Part shown: piece after piece, positions 30,510-41,264 of the stretch
Layout: the number at the start of each line of letters is the position of its first letter
Position numbering within the stretch: position 1 is the first letter of the stretch
DNA from: Candidatus Methylomirabilota bacterium
GTDB lineage: Bacteria > Methylomirabilota > Methylomirabilia > Rokubacteriales > CSP1-6
Direction of reading: 5' to 3'
Assembly (NCBI GenBank): GCA_046726415.1
Contig: JBKPAK010000015.1
Span: forward strand, 14,279 to 78,278
Length of the DNA: 64,000 nt
Made by a program: the position numbers and the translations under genes
Notes under the pieces: generated by a model
The model's database searches: none
The model's input: the letters and a program-made list of their open reading frames with translations, nothing else
What the model was told of the DNA's origin: nothing

Positions 30510-31472
30510 ATGAAAGCGATCCGCGTGTCCGAGTACGGCGGCCCCGCCGTCCTGAAGCTGGAGGAGCTCCCCGCGCCCCAGCCCGGCCCCAACCAGGTGC
30601 TCGTCCGGAACCACGCCGTCGGCGTGAATCCGGTCGACACCTACCTGAGGTCGAACACCGACAACCGTGGTCCGAAGCTCCCCTACACCCCCGGATCCGA
30701 CGCCGCGGGGGTCGTGGAGGCGGTCGGCGCCGGCGTCACCGCGGTCAAGGCCGGCGATCGCGTCTACATGGGCGGCACCGTCACCGGCGCTTACGCCGAG
30801 CTGTCGATCTGCGACCAGGTCCAGGTCCACTCGCTACCGGCCAACGCCAGCTTCGCGCAGGGCGCCGGGGTCAACGTGCCCTATGCCACCGCCTTCCACG
30901 CGCTCTTCCACCGCGCGCATGGTGAGTCAGGCGAGACGGTCCTGGTGCACGGCGCGAGCGGCGGCGTTGGCATCGGGGCAGTCCAGCTCGCGCGAGCGCG
31001 CGGTCTCACCGTGATCGGCACGGCCGGGACGGAGCGCGGGCGGCGGCTGGTCGCCGAGCAAGGCGCTCACCACGTGCTCGACCACAACGCGCCGGAGTAC
31101 CTGAAAGAAGTGACGGATCTCACCGGCGGGCGCGGTCCCGACGTCATTCTCGAGATGCTCGCCAACGTCAACCTCCAGAAGGATCTCGGGGTCATCGCCA
31201 TGCGCGGGCGGATCGTGGTCATCGGCAACCGCGGAAACGTCGAGATCAACGCGCGCTTGGCCATGAACAAGAACGCGGCGATCCTCGGCATGGCCCTCGG
31301 CCACGCTTCGCCGGCCCAGCTCGCAGGGATCCACGCCGCCCTCGTGGAGGGGCTTCGCAACGGGTCGCTGCGCCCCGTGGTCGGGCAGGAGCTGCCGCTC
31401 GCCCAGGCCCCTCGGGCCCACGAGACCGTGATGGAGGCAGGCCACTACGGCAAGGTCGTGCTGGTCCCCTAG
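30510..31472 (+). CDS. NADPH:quinone reductase (zeta-crystallin/MDR family)
   Basis: GVNPVDTY, PYTPGSDAAG, VHGASGGVG, GKVVL. Confidence 0.93.
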   Translation: MKAIRVSEYGGPAVLKLEELPAPQPGPNQVLVRNHAVGVNPVDTYLRSNTDNRGPKLPYTPGSDAAGVVEAVGAGVTAVKAGDRVYMGGTVTGAYAELSICDQVQVHSLPANASFAQGAGVNVPYATAFHALFHRAHGESGETVLVHGASGGVGIGAVQLARARGLTVIGTAGTERGRRLVAEQGAHHVLDHNAPEYLKEVTDLTGGRGPDVILEMLANVNLQKDLGVIAMRGRIVVIGNRGNVEINARLAMNKNAAILGMALGHASPAQLAGIHAALVEGLRNGSLRPVVGQELPLAQAPRAHETVMEAGHYGKVVLVP

Positions 31473-31492
31473 CAAGCGGGAGGCGACATCTC

Positions 31493-32416
31493 ATGAACGA
31501 CACCCACCGCATCACCGGCGCGCTGTCGCCGGTCGTCACCCCCTTCGGGGCGGATCTCGCGCCCGACGCCGAGCGCTGGATCCGCCACTGCCGGTGGCTG
31601 CTCTCGCACAATGTCGGCCTCGCTGTCTTCGGGACGAACTCGGAGGCGAACTCGCTCTCGCTCGACGAGCGGATCGAGCTGCTCGATCGGCTGGTCGGCG
31701 CGGGCATCGACCCGGCCCGCATGATGCCGGGCACGGGATGCTGCGCCCTGACTGAGTCCGTGCGCCTGACTGCGCACGCCGTGAAGCTCGGGTGCGCTGG
31801 CGTTCTGATGTTGCCGCCCTTCTACTACAAGGGCGTGTGCGACGATGGGTTGTTCCGCAACTTCGCCGAGATCATCGAGCGCGTGGGGGACGCTCGTCTG
31901 CGCGTCTATCTTTACCACATTCCGCCCGTCGCCCAAGTGTCGATCACCGTCGGGCTCGTCGAACGCCTCCTCAAGGCCTATCCGACTCAGACCGCCGGCA
32001 TGAAGGACAGCTCCGGCGACTGGAGCAATACCAAAGCCTTCCTCCAGGCATTTGCCCGCGGCGGGTTCGACGTCTTCGCCGGCTCTGAGACCTTCTTGCT
32101 CCAGAACATGCGCCACGGCGGCGCGGGGTGCATCAGCGCCACCGCTAACGTCCACCCCGGTCCCATCGCTCATCTCTGCGACACGTGGCGGGGCTCGGAC
32201 GCGGACATCCAGCAAGCCCGCCTCGACGAAATTCGCGGCGCGTTCCAGAGGTTGCCGATGATTCCCGCCCTCAAGGCGGCCATCGCGCACTACGGGGCCG
32301 ATGTGTCGTGGGCGACCGTCCGTCCGCCGCTGGTCGCCCTGACGCCGGACCAGGCGACGGCGCTGGTCAGGGATCTCGATGAACGGAAATTTGCGATGCC
32401 GGGGCTGGGGCAATGA
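31493..32416 (+). CDS. Dihydrodipicolinate synthase (DHDPS/NAL) family aldolase
   Basis: VTPF, GTNSE, PPFYYK, LYHIP, GMKDSSGD. Confidence 0.9.
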   Translation: MNDTHRITGALSPVVTPFGADLAPDAERWIRHCRWLLSHNVGLAVFGTNSEANSLSLDERIELLDRLVGAGIDPARMMPGTGCCALTESVRLTAHAVKLGCAGVLMLPPFYYKGVCDDGLFRNFAEIIERVGDARLRVYLYHIPPVAQVSITVGLVERLLKAYPTQTAGMKDSSGDWSNTKAFLQAFARGGFDVFAGSETFLLQNMRHGGAGCISATANVHPGPIAHLCDTWRGSDADIQQARLDEIRGAFQRLPMIPALKAAIAHYGADVSWATVRPPLVALTPDQATALVRDLDERKFAMPGLGQ

Positions 32417-34452
32417 CCACCCCGGCCACCGGGAAGCACCTCGTTCGCACGATGTGCCCGATGAACTGCCACCCCACCCTGTGCGGCATGCTGGTCGAGG
32501 TCGAGGATGGCCAACTCCTCCGGGTGATGGGTGACAAGGAGAACCCCGACAGCCAGGGGTTCCTGTGCATTCGCGGCCAGGCCTCGCGCGAGATCATCGG
32601 CAACCCCACGCGCTTGCTCCATCCATTGGTCCGCTCGCGACGGCGCGGCACATGGCTGCGGGCGACGTGGGACGAGGCGCTCGACCGCATCGCCGAGCGC
32701 ATGCAGGCCGCCGGTCGCGAGTCCGTGGCCGTATGGTCGGGACACGGCTTCTTCGCCAACAACTACGGCACGCGAGTCAACTCCCACCTCCTGCGCCGGT
32801 TCGCCAACATCTACGGCTGCCAGTGGTGGAATCCCACCATGATCTGCTGGGGGCTGGGCGCCTTCGGCCTCGGCCTCACGGGTGTGCTGGAGACGAACAC
32901 GAAGGAAGACATGGGAGCCCACGCATCCTTCGTACTCCTGTGGGGCGCCAACCTCGCAAGCCAACCGAACACCGGCCGCCATCTGGCCGCGGCTAAGCAT
33001 CGCGGGGCGCGGGTGGTCGCCGTCGACGTGCGGGAGACCGAGGCCACCGCGCAGGCGGACGAAACGCTGCTCGTCCGCCCCGGAACGGATGCCGCCCTCG
33101 CGCTGGCCCTCATGCACGTCATCGTCGGCGAGGAACTCTACGACCGGCAGTTCGTGAATCGACACACGGCGGGCTTCGACGAGCTCTGTGCGCACGTGAA
33201 GAACTACTCACCGGCGTGGGCAGCGGACGTGACGGGGATCCGCGCCGAGCGCATCGCAGCGCTGGCCCGAGGCTACGCCACGGCGAAGCCCGCCATGATC
33301 GTGCTAGGCGGCAGCTCGATGCACAAGGGCCCCAATGGCTGGACGGCGGCCCGCGCCATCGGGTGCCTCCCAGGGCTAACCGGCAATCTCGGGGTTCCGG
33401 GCGGGGGGTTCGGTCCGCGTCACGGCAGCTCCGCCCACGGACAGGGGCTGGCCAGCATCATCGCGCTGGAGCGCCGTCCGCCCGGCCGCTACATCGCCAA
33501 CCAGATGTCCAGCATCCTCGACGGGCTTACCGACGGTCGCGTCCGTGCGCTGCTTCTGTTCGGGACGGACATGCTCTCCTCGTTCGCCGACGCTGGACGC
33601 GTCGCCGCGGGATTGGCCCGCCAGGATCTCGTGGTGAGCTACGAGCTGTTCATGCACGACACGGCGCGGCGCTTCGCCGACATCGTCCTGCCCAGCACAT
33701 CCTGGCTCGAGGAGCTGGGGTGTAAGAGCACCAATACGCATCTGTATCTCATGCCCAAGGTGCTCGATCCGCCGGGAGAGGCGCGCTCGGGCACGTGGGT
33801 CCTGAGGGAGCTGGCTCGGCGCCTCGACCTGGAAGACTTCTATCCGTGGGCGTCCGAGGAAGGGCTCCTCGACACACTGCTCGATCATCCTTCGACGGGA
33901 CGGGCCACCGTGGCGGCCTTGCGCGCCGAGGGAGGAATGCGGGCGCTCAATATCTCCCATGTGGCGTACCCAGAGCGCGCCTTCGATACGCCATCGGGCA
34001 AGGTGGAGTTCGTCTCCGAACGCGCGCGAGCGCTCGGTCTCTCGGCCCTTCCGGGGTGGGATGCGCCTCCGCCGTCGCCCTATCCACTCACCTTTCAGCA
34101 AGGCCGCACGCTCGCCCATTTTCACAGCTTCTTCGACCACGGGCGCGCCCTCCCCTCCCTGGCCAAGGCCGATGCCGAGCCTGCCCTCTGGATCTCGCCA
34201 GCCGACGCCGAGCGGCGCGGGTTGACGCACGGCGCGACCATCTGCATCTACAACGAGCGCGGCGAGTTCCGGGCGCGCGCGCACGTCACCGACAAGATCC
34301 AGCCAGGGACGGTCTGGATGCGCGACGGTTGGGAGGGACTGAACCGCCTGACGTCGGGCGACGCCGTACTGCCCGACGAGGCCGTCGACGTCTTTCACTT
34401 CTCGGCCGGTCAGTCGACCTTCGACGCCCGCGTGGAGGTGGCGCTGGCCTGA
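32413..34452 (+). CDS. Cytoplasmic molybdopterin (bis-MGD, DMSO reductase superfamily) oxidoreductase
   Basis: N-terminal CPMNCHPTLC...LC Fe-S motif, WDEALD, WGAN, RPGTDAALA, TPSGKVEF; no Tat signal. Confidence 0.9.
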   Translation: MTTPATGKHLVRTMCPMNCHPTLCGMLVEVEDGQLLRVMGDKENPDSQGFLCIRGQASREIIGNPTRLLHPLVRSRRRGTWLRATWDEALDRIAERMQAAGRESVAVWSGHGFFANNYGTRVNSHLLRRFANIYGCQWWNPTMICWGLGAFGLGLTGVLETNTKEDMGAHASFVLLWGANLASQPNTGRHLAAAKHRGARVVAVDVRETEATAQADETLLVRPGTDAALALALMHVIVGEELYDRQFVNRHTAGFDELCAHVKNYSPAWAADVTGIRAERIAALARGYATAKPAMIVLGGSSMHKGPNGWTAARAIGCLPGLTGNLGVPGGGFGPRHGSSAHGQGLASIIALERRPPGRYIANQMSSILDGLTDGRVRALLLFGTDMLSSFADAGRVAAGLARQDLVVSYELFMHDTARRFADIVLPSTSWLEELGCKSTNTHLYLMPKVLDPPGEARSGTWVLRELARRLDLEDFYPWASEEGLLDTLLDHPSTGRATVAALRAEGGMRALNISHVAYPERAFDTPSGKVEFVSERARALGLSALPGWDAPPPSPYPLTFQQGRTLAHFHSFFDHGRALPSLAKADAEPALWISPADAERRGLTHGATICIYNERGEFRARAHVTDKIQPGTVWMRDGWEGLNRLTSGDAVLPDEAVDVFHFSAGQSTFDARVEVALA

Positions 34453-34463
34453 GCTGCGCGACC

Positions 34464-34874
34464 TCAGCGCTTGCCGCGCCAGGCGTCGACCTTCGCCTGC
34501 AATCGAGGCATGCGCATCTCGGGATCCACGATGAAGCGATCGTGACTCCCCTCTCCGACCTTCTCGACCTCGTCGTGGACCTCGAACCGGAAGGTCAGCC
34601 GGCGACGATCGACGGCCGTCAGCTCGACGGTAACGGTGACCTTCATGCCCTCGGGGGTGGCGGCCAGATGCGCGATCTCGACCTTGGTGCCCACCGTCGT
34701 CTGACCGGGTTTGAGGAGCGGCTGGACGGCCTGGATGGCCGTCTGCTCCACCAGCCGGACCATCTCCGGTGTGGCGAGAACACGGATGGGCTCCAGGCGC
34801 AGGTGGGGTGGCGTCATCTCGGTAGTGACGAGGACGGACTGCGAGTGCTTCAACCCTGGCGCAAGCTCGCTCAT
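34464..34874 (-). CDS. FlK-like hot-dog thioesterase
   Basis: VLATP.M..LVE, TTVGT, HLAATPEG, GEGSHDRFIV. Confidence 0.88.
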   Translation of the reverse strand: MSELAPGLKHSQSVLVTTEMTPPHLRLEPIRVLATPEMVRLVEQTAIQAVQPLLKPGQTTVGTKVEIAHLAATPEGMKVTVTVELTAVDRRRLTFRFEVHDEVEKVGEGSHDRFIVDPEMRMPRLQAKVDAWRGKR

Positions 34875-35020
34875 AGGCCTCCTCGATGGCGACGGACGTG
34901 GCGGCGCCCCTCAGCAAGGGAACGGGGCGCCGCCCGCTGAGCCTATCGTATCCTTTGAGGTGGCCGGCGCGCCGGTGAGGTGGCCGACGCCCCGGGAGCG
35001 AGCGGCCAGGGACGGAGAGC

Positions 35021-36109
35021 GTGGCGGGAAACAGTTTCGGAACGATTTTCCGCGTGACGACGTGGGGCGAGTCGCACGGCGCTGCCGTCGGCGTCGCGAT
35101 CGACGGCTGCCCGGCCCTCCTCGAGCTGTCCGAGGCCGACATCCAGCCGGACCTGGACCGGCGGGCGCCCGGGCAGAGCGCCATCGTCACTCAGCGCAAG
35201 GAGTCCGACACGGTGCAGATCCTCTCCGGCGTCTTCGAGGGCAAGACGCTCGGCACGCCCATCAGCCTGCTCATCCGCAACGAGGACATGCGCCCTGGTG
35301 ATTACCGGGAAGTGCAGGAAAAGTACCGCCCCAGCCACGCCGACTACACCTACGACGTGAAATACGGCATCCGCGACTGGCGCGGTGGCGGGCGCACCAG
35401 CGCGCGCGAGACGGCCGGACGGGTGGCGGCGGGGGCCATCGCGCGCAAGCTCCTGGCCGCGCGCTGGGGCGTGGAGATCGCTGCGTGGGTCTCGAAGGTG
35501 GGCCGGCTGGTCGCGGCCTGCGATGTCGAGCGCGTCACCCGCGCCGAGGTGGATCGCACGCCCATCCGCTGCCCCGATCCGACCTTGGCCAGGGAGATGA
35601 TCGCCGCCGTGGAGACCGCGCGCAAGGACGGCAATTCACTCGGCGGCACCGTAACGTGTGCCGTCCGCGGCTGTCCTCCGGGCTGGGGCGAGCCCGTCTT
35701 CGACCGGCTGGAGGCCGATCTGGCCAAAGCCGCGATGAGCCTGCCGGCCAGCAAGGGCTTCGAGATCGGCTCGGGCTTCGCCGGTACCGACCTCACCGGG
35801 CGCGAGCACAACGACGAGTTCTACATGGAGGGGGACCGCGTCCGTACCCGCACCAATCTAAGCGGCGGGGTGCAGGGCGGAATCACCAATGGCGAGACGA
35901 TTTACTTCCGCGTGGCCTTCAAGCCCACGGCGACCATCATGTCCGAGCAGCATACCGTGAGTGTGCGCCACGACGACACCACCATCGGCGGTCGCGGTCG
36001 TCACGATCCATGCGTGCTACCGCGAGCTGTGCCGATGGTCGAGGCGATGACCGCGCTGGTCGTCGCCGATCACGCCCTCCGCTACGAGGCCATCCGCTCC
36101 CGCAAGTAG
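35021..36109 (+). CDS. aroC: Chorismate synthase
   Basis: [45 protein letters not shown]. Confidence 0.97.
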   Translation: MAGNSFGTIFRVTTWGESHGAAVGVAIDGCPALLELSEADIQPDLDRRAPGQSAIVTQRKESDTVQILSGVFEGKTLGTPISLLIRNEDMRPGDYREVQEKYRPSHADYTYDVKYGIRDWRGGGRTSARETAGRVAAGAIARKLLAARWGVEIAAWVSKVGRLVAACDVERVTRAEVDRTPIRCPDPTLAREMIAAVETARKDGNSLGGTVTCAVRGCPPGWGEPVFDRLEADLAKAAMSLPASKGFEIGSGFAGTDLTGREHNDEFYMEGDRVRTRTNLSGGVQGGITNGETIYFRVAFKPTATIMSEQHTVSVRHDDTTIGGRGRHDPCVLPRAVPMVEAMTALVVADHALRYEAIRSRK

Positions 36110-36221
36110 TGCCCGTCCCGCTCCACGGCCGACGTCTGGTCGTTCAGCGGCATCCCGGAACGCGGCAGGACCAAGTGGCGGGGCGGGATCGCGCCCCCGA
36201 ACCTAGCAAACGCGACCAGCC

Positions 36222-36566
36222 TCAGCGCGGCCGGCGCGCCTCGTATCCGAAGAACCCGCCATGGGGACGGGCGTGCGCGTGGTAGTGGTCCGGGATGTTC
36301 CGCATGTGGTCGTCGACCCAGAACTCACCGAGGCGGGCCGCCGCCACCTCGCGCAGGCGCGCCCGCATGTGATCGAGATGCGACGCCGGCGGCCGCACGC
36401 CGTGAAAGCGCCAGACCACCATGGGCACGTCGCAGATATCGCATTCGGCGATCCAACAGATGTCGTCCTCGTGGTACCAGGGTGTGATGCGGGCGGCGCG
36501 GCACAGATCGCAGTCGGGGAGGCGCGCGAATGGCTGGTCGGATGTGGCCGAGGTCGTCTCGCTCAC
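36222..36566 (-). CDS. Small HIT-like/zinc-binding hypothetical protein
   Basis: CDLC, CDIC, PMVVW, IPDHYHAHAR. Confidence 0.7.
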   Translation of the reverse strand: MSETTSATSDQPFARLPDCDLCRAARITPWYHEDDICWIAECDICDVPMVVWRFHGVRPPASHLDHMRARLREVAAARLGEFWVDDHMRNIPDHYHAHARPHGGFFGYEARRPR

Positions 36567-36662
36567 GAGCCGCCAGTCTAGCGCATCCGGCGCCGAATCC
36601 GGCCCCGCGGAGGGCCGGCCGCGCCCGACGCCACCGGGGGCGACCGAGCGCGGCTGATTCCG

Positions 36663-38303
36663 TCATGACTTAAAGGTCGAGATCGAGATCTCCTTCTGCG
36701 TGATGAACTCCAGCAGGGCCGGCACGCCCTCCTGGGTCTTGACCACGGCGCGCTTGATCGCCGGCACGATCTCCCCTGGCTCCGTCACCCGCTCGCCGTA
36801 GCCGCCGAAGGCGCGGGCCATGTCGGCGTAGTGGCCGCTGATGTCGGTGCTGCGGTACTTCTCGGTGGCGACCTTCATGACGGGGATCTCGATGGCCATG
36901 GAAAAGTTGTTCAGCAGGACGGAGAGAATGGGAATGCGCTCGCGCACCGCCGTCTCGAAGTCCATGCCCGTGAAGCCGATGGCCGCATCGCCCCACACGT
37001 TGATGCAGAGCTTGTCGGGACAGGCGAGCTTGGCCCCCATGGCCAGGCCGAGGCCGTAGCCGAGCTGGGTTGTCTTGCCCCAACCGATGTAGCCGAGCGG
37101 CGCGGTGGCCTCCCAGAAGGGCGAAAGCTGATCGCGGGGGCTGCCCGCGTCGTGCGTGATGACCGTGTTGGCCACGTCTACCGTGTGCATCAGGTCCCAG
37201 ATCACCCGATACGGCGAGAGCGGAGCATCGGTCGACGTCAGCTTGGGCATCCACTGGGCCAGCCATTCCGCCTTGGTGGCCTGAATCTCTTTCTCGACGG
37301 GGGGACGGCGACCCCGGGGCTTGCCCTTCAAACGATCGCCCACCTCGGCCAGCAGCATCTCGAGCGTCAACGCCGCGTCGCCGACCAGGGCGTGCTGCGA
37401 CGCCACGTCCTTATTGAGGTCAAGGGGATCGAGGGTGGCGTGGATGATGATCTTGCCCTTGGGTATGGCCACCCCGAAGTTGGTGGTGGTGAAGCTGCAG
37501 CCGATGCCAAAGATGACGTCGGCGTTCGCCAGGAACTGGTGGACGGTCTTGGGAATGGCGCGACCACCGGAGCCCAGCGAGAGCGGGTGATTCTCGGGAA
37601 AGGCGCTCTTGCCCCCGAGGCTGGTGGTCACCGGCGCCTCCAGCAGCTCGGCCAGCGCGCGCAGCTGCGGCCACGCCTGGGCGTAATGGACGCCCTGACC
37701 CGCGTAGATGAGGGGCCGTTGGGCACCGATCAGCACCTCGGCCACCGAGGCGACCGCCTTGGGATCGGGCCCGAAGCGCGTCACCGGCGCTGGCGCATAC
37801 TCCAGCGGTTCCGCCACGTCCTCCTGGAACAGGTCGACCGGAAATTCCACCAGCACGGGCTGCGGCCGGCCGTTTCGCACCTGGGTGAATGCCCGCCGCA
37901 TGGCCTCGGGCACGGCACCGGGCACGGTGACCTGTTCGCACCATTTGGTGACGTGCTGGTAGTTCAGGAACGCACTGAAGTTCGGCGCGATGTTGGTGAT
38001 GCGCCGCGGGTAACCGCCCGGCAATACCACGATCGGCGACGAATCGCCATAGGCTTGCGCCACGCCGCCGAAGGCGTTCTCCGTCCCCGGCCCGTGCTGC
38101 ATGGCGAACACGCCGATCTGCTTGCCCGACGTCATCCGGCTCACCGCATCGGCCATGTGGAGCCCGGTGCGCTCCTGGCGGACAATGATCGTGCGAATGT
38201 CGGCCTGGGCCGCGGCCTCAATGATGTGATTGACCGGGTAGCCGATCAGGAACTTCGTGCCTTCGCGCTTCAAGATCTCCGCAACCGCGGCTGGAACCTT
38301 CAC
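36663..38303 (-). CDS. Thiamine-pyrophosphate-requiring enzyme (acetolactate synthase-like)
   Basis: RQERTG.HMAD, GPGTEN, THDAGSP, WGDAAIG...LNN; GTG 38303 overlaps the upstream stop. Confidence 0.92.
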   Translation of the reverse strand: MKVPAAVAEILKREGTKFLIGYPVNHIIEAAAQADIRTIIVRQERTGLHMADAVSRMTSGKQIGVFAMQHGPGTENAFGGVAQAYGDSSPIVVLPGGYPRRITNIAPNFSAFLNYQHVTKWCEQVTVPGAVPEAMRRAFTQVRNGRPQPVLVEFPVDLFQEDVAEPLEYAPAPVTRFGPDPKAVASVAEVLIGAQRPLIYAGQGVHYAQAWPQLRALAELLEAPVTTSLGGKSAFPENHPLSLGSGGRAIPKTVHQFLANADVIFGIGCSFTTTNFGVAIPKGKIIIHATLDPLDLNKDVASQHALVGDAALTLEMLLAEVGDRLKGKPRGRRPPVEKEIQATKAEWLAQWMPKLTSTDAPLSPYRVIWDLMHTVDVANTVITHDAGSPRDQLSPFWEATAPLGYIGWGKTTQLGYGLGLAMGAKLACPDKLCINVWGDAAIGFTGMDFETAVRERIPILSVLLNNFSMAIEIPVMKVATEKYRSTDISGHYADMARAFGGYGERVTEPGEIVPAIKRAVVKTQEGVPALLEFITQKEISISTFKS

Positions 38304-39934
38304 GATGCGCCTCCCTTGCGATTCTCGCCCTTCTGCGACTCCTGATCCCGAAGCACGCGCCGCAGGATCTTCCCGGACGGGTTCTTCGGGATCGCCTCGA
38401 CAAACTCCACTTCCTGCGGCGTCTTGTAGCCGGCCAGTCGCCCCGTGGTAAAGGCGACGACGTCCTCCGCCGTCAGCTCGGGTTGCCCGGAGCGCCGCAC
38501 CACGAAGGCCTTGGGAATCTCGCCGGCCTCCGCGTGGGCCTTGCCGATGACCGCGCAATCGGCGATGCCGGGATGCTCGAGCAGGAGCGCCTCGATCTCT
38601 GCTGGCGCGATCCCGAACCCCTTGTACTTGATCATCTCCTTCTTGCGGTCCTGCACGAAGGTGTAGCCGTGTTCGTCGACGTATCCGATGTCGCCCGTGT
38701 AGAGCCAGCCATCGCGAACCGCCGCCGCGGTGGCTTCCGGCGCCTTCCAGTAGCCCTGCATCACCTGGGGGCCGTACACACAGATCTCGCCGACCTCCCC
38801 GGGCGGGAGGATCGTCGTGCCCGTCTCGATATCGACGATCTTCTGGGTAGTATCGTGGGCCAGCAATCCCGCCGAGTCGACGACGTTGAATGTCTCGTCG
38901 TGCACCGGGTTGATGTGGGTCAGCGGGGCCGCCTCGGTGAGCCCATACCCCTGTACCACCGGCACCCCGGTCAGCTCGCGGAACCGCCGGGCGATCTCGG
39001 GGGCCACCGGCGCCGCGCCGACCATCGTGAATCGCAGACTGCTAAGGTCGTACTTCGATAGCTCGGACCATCCCGCGAGCATCAGGAGCACGGGCGGAAC
39101 CGCGAAGTAGAGCGTGATTCGGTGGCGCTCGACCAGGCGAAGCGACTCGGCGGGATCGAAGCGCTCCATCAGCACCGCGGTCGCGCCCGCGTACATGGCG
39201 CCCCCCATCAGCATAGCTCCGTAGATGTGATAGAAGGGCAGGAAGATCAGCAGTCGATCCACCTCGCGCAGGCGCAGGCACGCCACGAACTGGATGTTGT
39301 TGCACACCAGATTCCGGTGGCTCAGCATCACGCCCTTGGGCAGTCCAGTCGTTCCGCTCGAATACGGGAGGGCCACCAGATCGCGCTCGCCAATCTTCAC
39401 CGGGGGCGGGGGCGACGCGGGCTGGCCGGCGATCAGCTCGAGGACGTGGTGGGCCCGCGCCCCCGCCGCCGGCCCACCCGGCCCGATGGCAATGACGTGC
39501 CGCAGCCTGGGAGTCTGGCTCCGCACCGCTTCCACGCGCGGTACCAGATCATTGTGGACTACGACCGCCACCGCCTCGGCATCGTTCAGCTGGTACTCGA
39601 TCTCGCGCTCCCGGTAGGAGGGATTCATCGGGCTGACCACCGCGCCCACCCGCGCGATGGCGTAAAAGGCCATGATGTACTCGGGGCAGTTGGTGGTCAG
39701 CAGGCAGATCTTGTCGCCGTGTCGGATGCCAAGCTCGCGAAGCGCGTGGGCGAAGCGGTTGGTCAGTGCCTCCAGCTCTCGGAACGTGAGACTGATATCC
39801 TGGAAGATCACCGCCACGCTCTCCGGCCAGCGCTCGGCCGCGTGAGTCAGCATGTGGTCGTAGGGAATGTTCGGATAGGCGAGTGGAGGGCGGAAGAACT
39901 CGGATCGGATCGTGCTGGGTGTCGCCATCACCAA
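38300..39934 (-). CDS. AMP-dependent acyl-CoA synthetase (4CL/long-chain type)
   Basis: YSSGTTGLPKG, GYGLTE, YTGDIG, DRKKEMIK, PKNPSGKIL. Confidence 0.95.
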   Translation of the reverse strand: MVMATPSTIRSEFFRPPLAYPNIPYDHMLTHAAERWPESVAVIFQDISLTFRELEALTNRFAHALRELGIRHGDKICLLTTNCPEYIMAFYAIARVGAVVSPMNPSYREREIEYQLNDAEAVAVVVHNDLVPRVEAVRSQTPRLRHVIAIGPGGPAAGARAHHVLELIAGQPASPPPPVKIGERDLVALPYSSGTTGLPKGVMLSHRNLVCNNIQFVACLRLREVDRLLIFLPFYHIYGAMLMGGAMYAGATAVLMERFDPAESLRLVERHRITLYFAVPPVLLMLAGWSELSKYDLSSLRFTMVGAAPVAPEIARRFRELTGVPVVQGYGLTEAAPLTHINPVHDETFNVVDSAGLLAHDTTQKIVDIETGTTILPPGEVGEICVYGPQVMQGYWKAPEATAAAVRDGWLYTGDIGYVDEHGYTFVQDRKKEMIKYKGFGIAPAEIEALLLEHPGIADCAVIGKAHAEAGEIPKAFVVRRSGQPELTAEDVVAFTTGRLAGYKTPQEVEFVEAIPKNPSGKILRRVLRDQESQKGENRKGGAS

Positions 39935-40591
39935 AGCCCCCTCAGCTGCGCGCCGCCGCGGAAACGGCTCGGCGCCGCACCGGCAACCCTCGAAGAATCA
40001 CCACCAGCAGGGTCAGGGTGCCACGCGGCAGGATATCGTACATTACTCGGCCGGATAGACAACCGCGCCCTTCACGGAGCGCGTGGCGGCGAGTGCCGAT
40101 CCGGATCGGCTCATGCGTCTCGCCGCGCCGAGCACTTGATCCCTCCGGAGTCCGAGCCGTTCCAACTGGCGCGTGATTGGTTCGGCATCGCCACTCCTCA
40201 CCATGCCACCTCGAGCGGCTCCGGCGAGAGCGCTTCTCCGAGTTCCGCTCGCCGGGCCGGATTCCCCATGCCGCAACGCACCATGACCGCTTGAAGTGAC
40301 CGCGCCGCGGTGTAGCGTAAGAGGTGTCTGGGCGAGATGAAGCGACGCCAGGTCCGATGCCGTGTAGGGAACGCAACGCCCCGACCTGGCACCTCGACCA
40401 GGCCCGGCGCCGGTAATTCCAGGGTGGTGACGCCGATCACCATCGCCGGCGCCGGTCACGACATCTGATCGCGGCCTGAACATCGCCGTCGAGATCGAGC
40501 CCACCGCGTCTCGACCGCTATTGACAATCGGAGGGGGCATGCGCAAGCTTGCGCCACCTTCGCCGGCAGGGGCAGCATCGAAGTGATCGTC

Positions 40592-41264
40592 ATGGCCTCT
40601 CAGACAGGCGCGGAATTCGCCCGTCTCCTGGACGCGCTGCCGCACGGTGCGCTGATCACTCGCCCGGATGGCGTCATCCTGGCGGCGAACCACGAGGTGG
40701 CGTCGTTACTCGACGCGCGACCTGCTGACCTCGTCGGCACCCCCCTCAGCGACCTGACCAGCCGGTACACCATTCCCGAGCTCGCTCCAGCGCTCGATTG
40801 CGTCAAGACCGGATCGGCGGGCACTCGAGACTTCACGACGGCCGAGGGAAGCCGCCACCTCCGCGTGCGGGTGGCCCCGGTGAGTGGGTTGGAGAAGGCC
40901 ATCGCGCGGGCTCCGCCTCGCGATCATCGAAGGCAATCGAGATTCCCGGGAGATGCTGCGGACCGTCCTCGAGCTGCAGGGCCATCGAGTGCAGGATGCC
41001 GCGGACGGCCTCGCCGGCGTTCAGCTCGTCATCACCACCGCCCCTGACGTTGTGCTCGTGGACATCGGCCTTCCCGGTATCGACGGCTACGAGGTGGCGC
41101 GCCGACTGCGTCAGAGACTCGGCAGCGCTGTGCGCCTCATTGCCCTGACGGGCTACGGCGACCCGGATTCGAAGCAGATGACCGCCACGGCAGGGTTCGA
41201 CGACCACCTGGTCAAACCCGTCAGCCCCGAAGAGCTGGCGCGAGTCCTGGAAACGCTCGGCTAG
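40592..41264 (+). pseudogene. PAS + receiver remnant of a hybrid sensor kinase (kinase core missing, frameshifted)
   Basis: PAS-like LLDALPHGALIT.PDG.I..AN joins out of frame at ~40905 to a receiver (DIGLPGIDGYEVA, ALTGYG, GFDDHLVKP). Confidence 0.7.

Noticed and set aside
32413-34452. Sec-containing formate dehydrogenase
   Set aside because: No in-frame UGA; the likely Mo ligand is Cys (TMICWG) and FDH-specific motifs were not seen.
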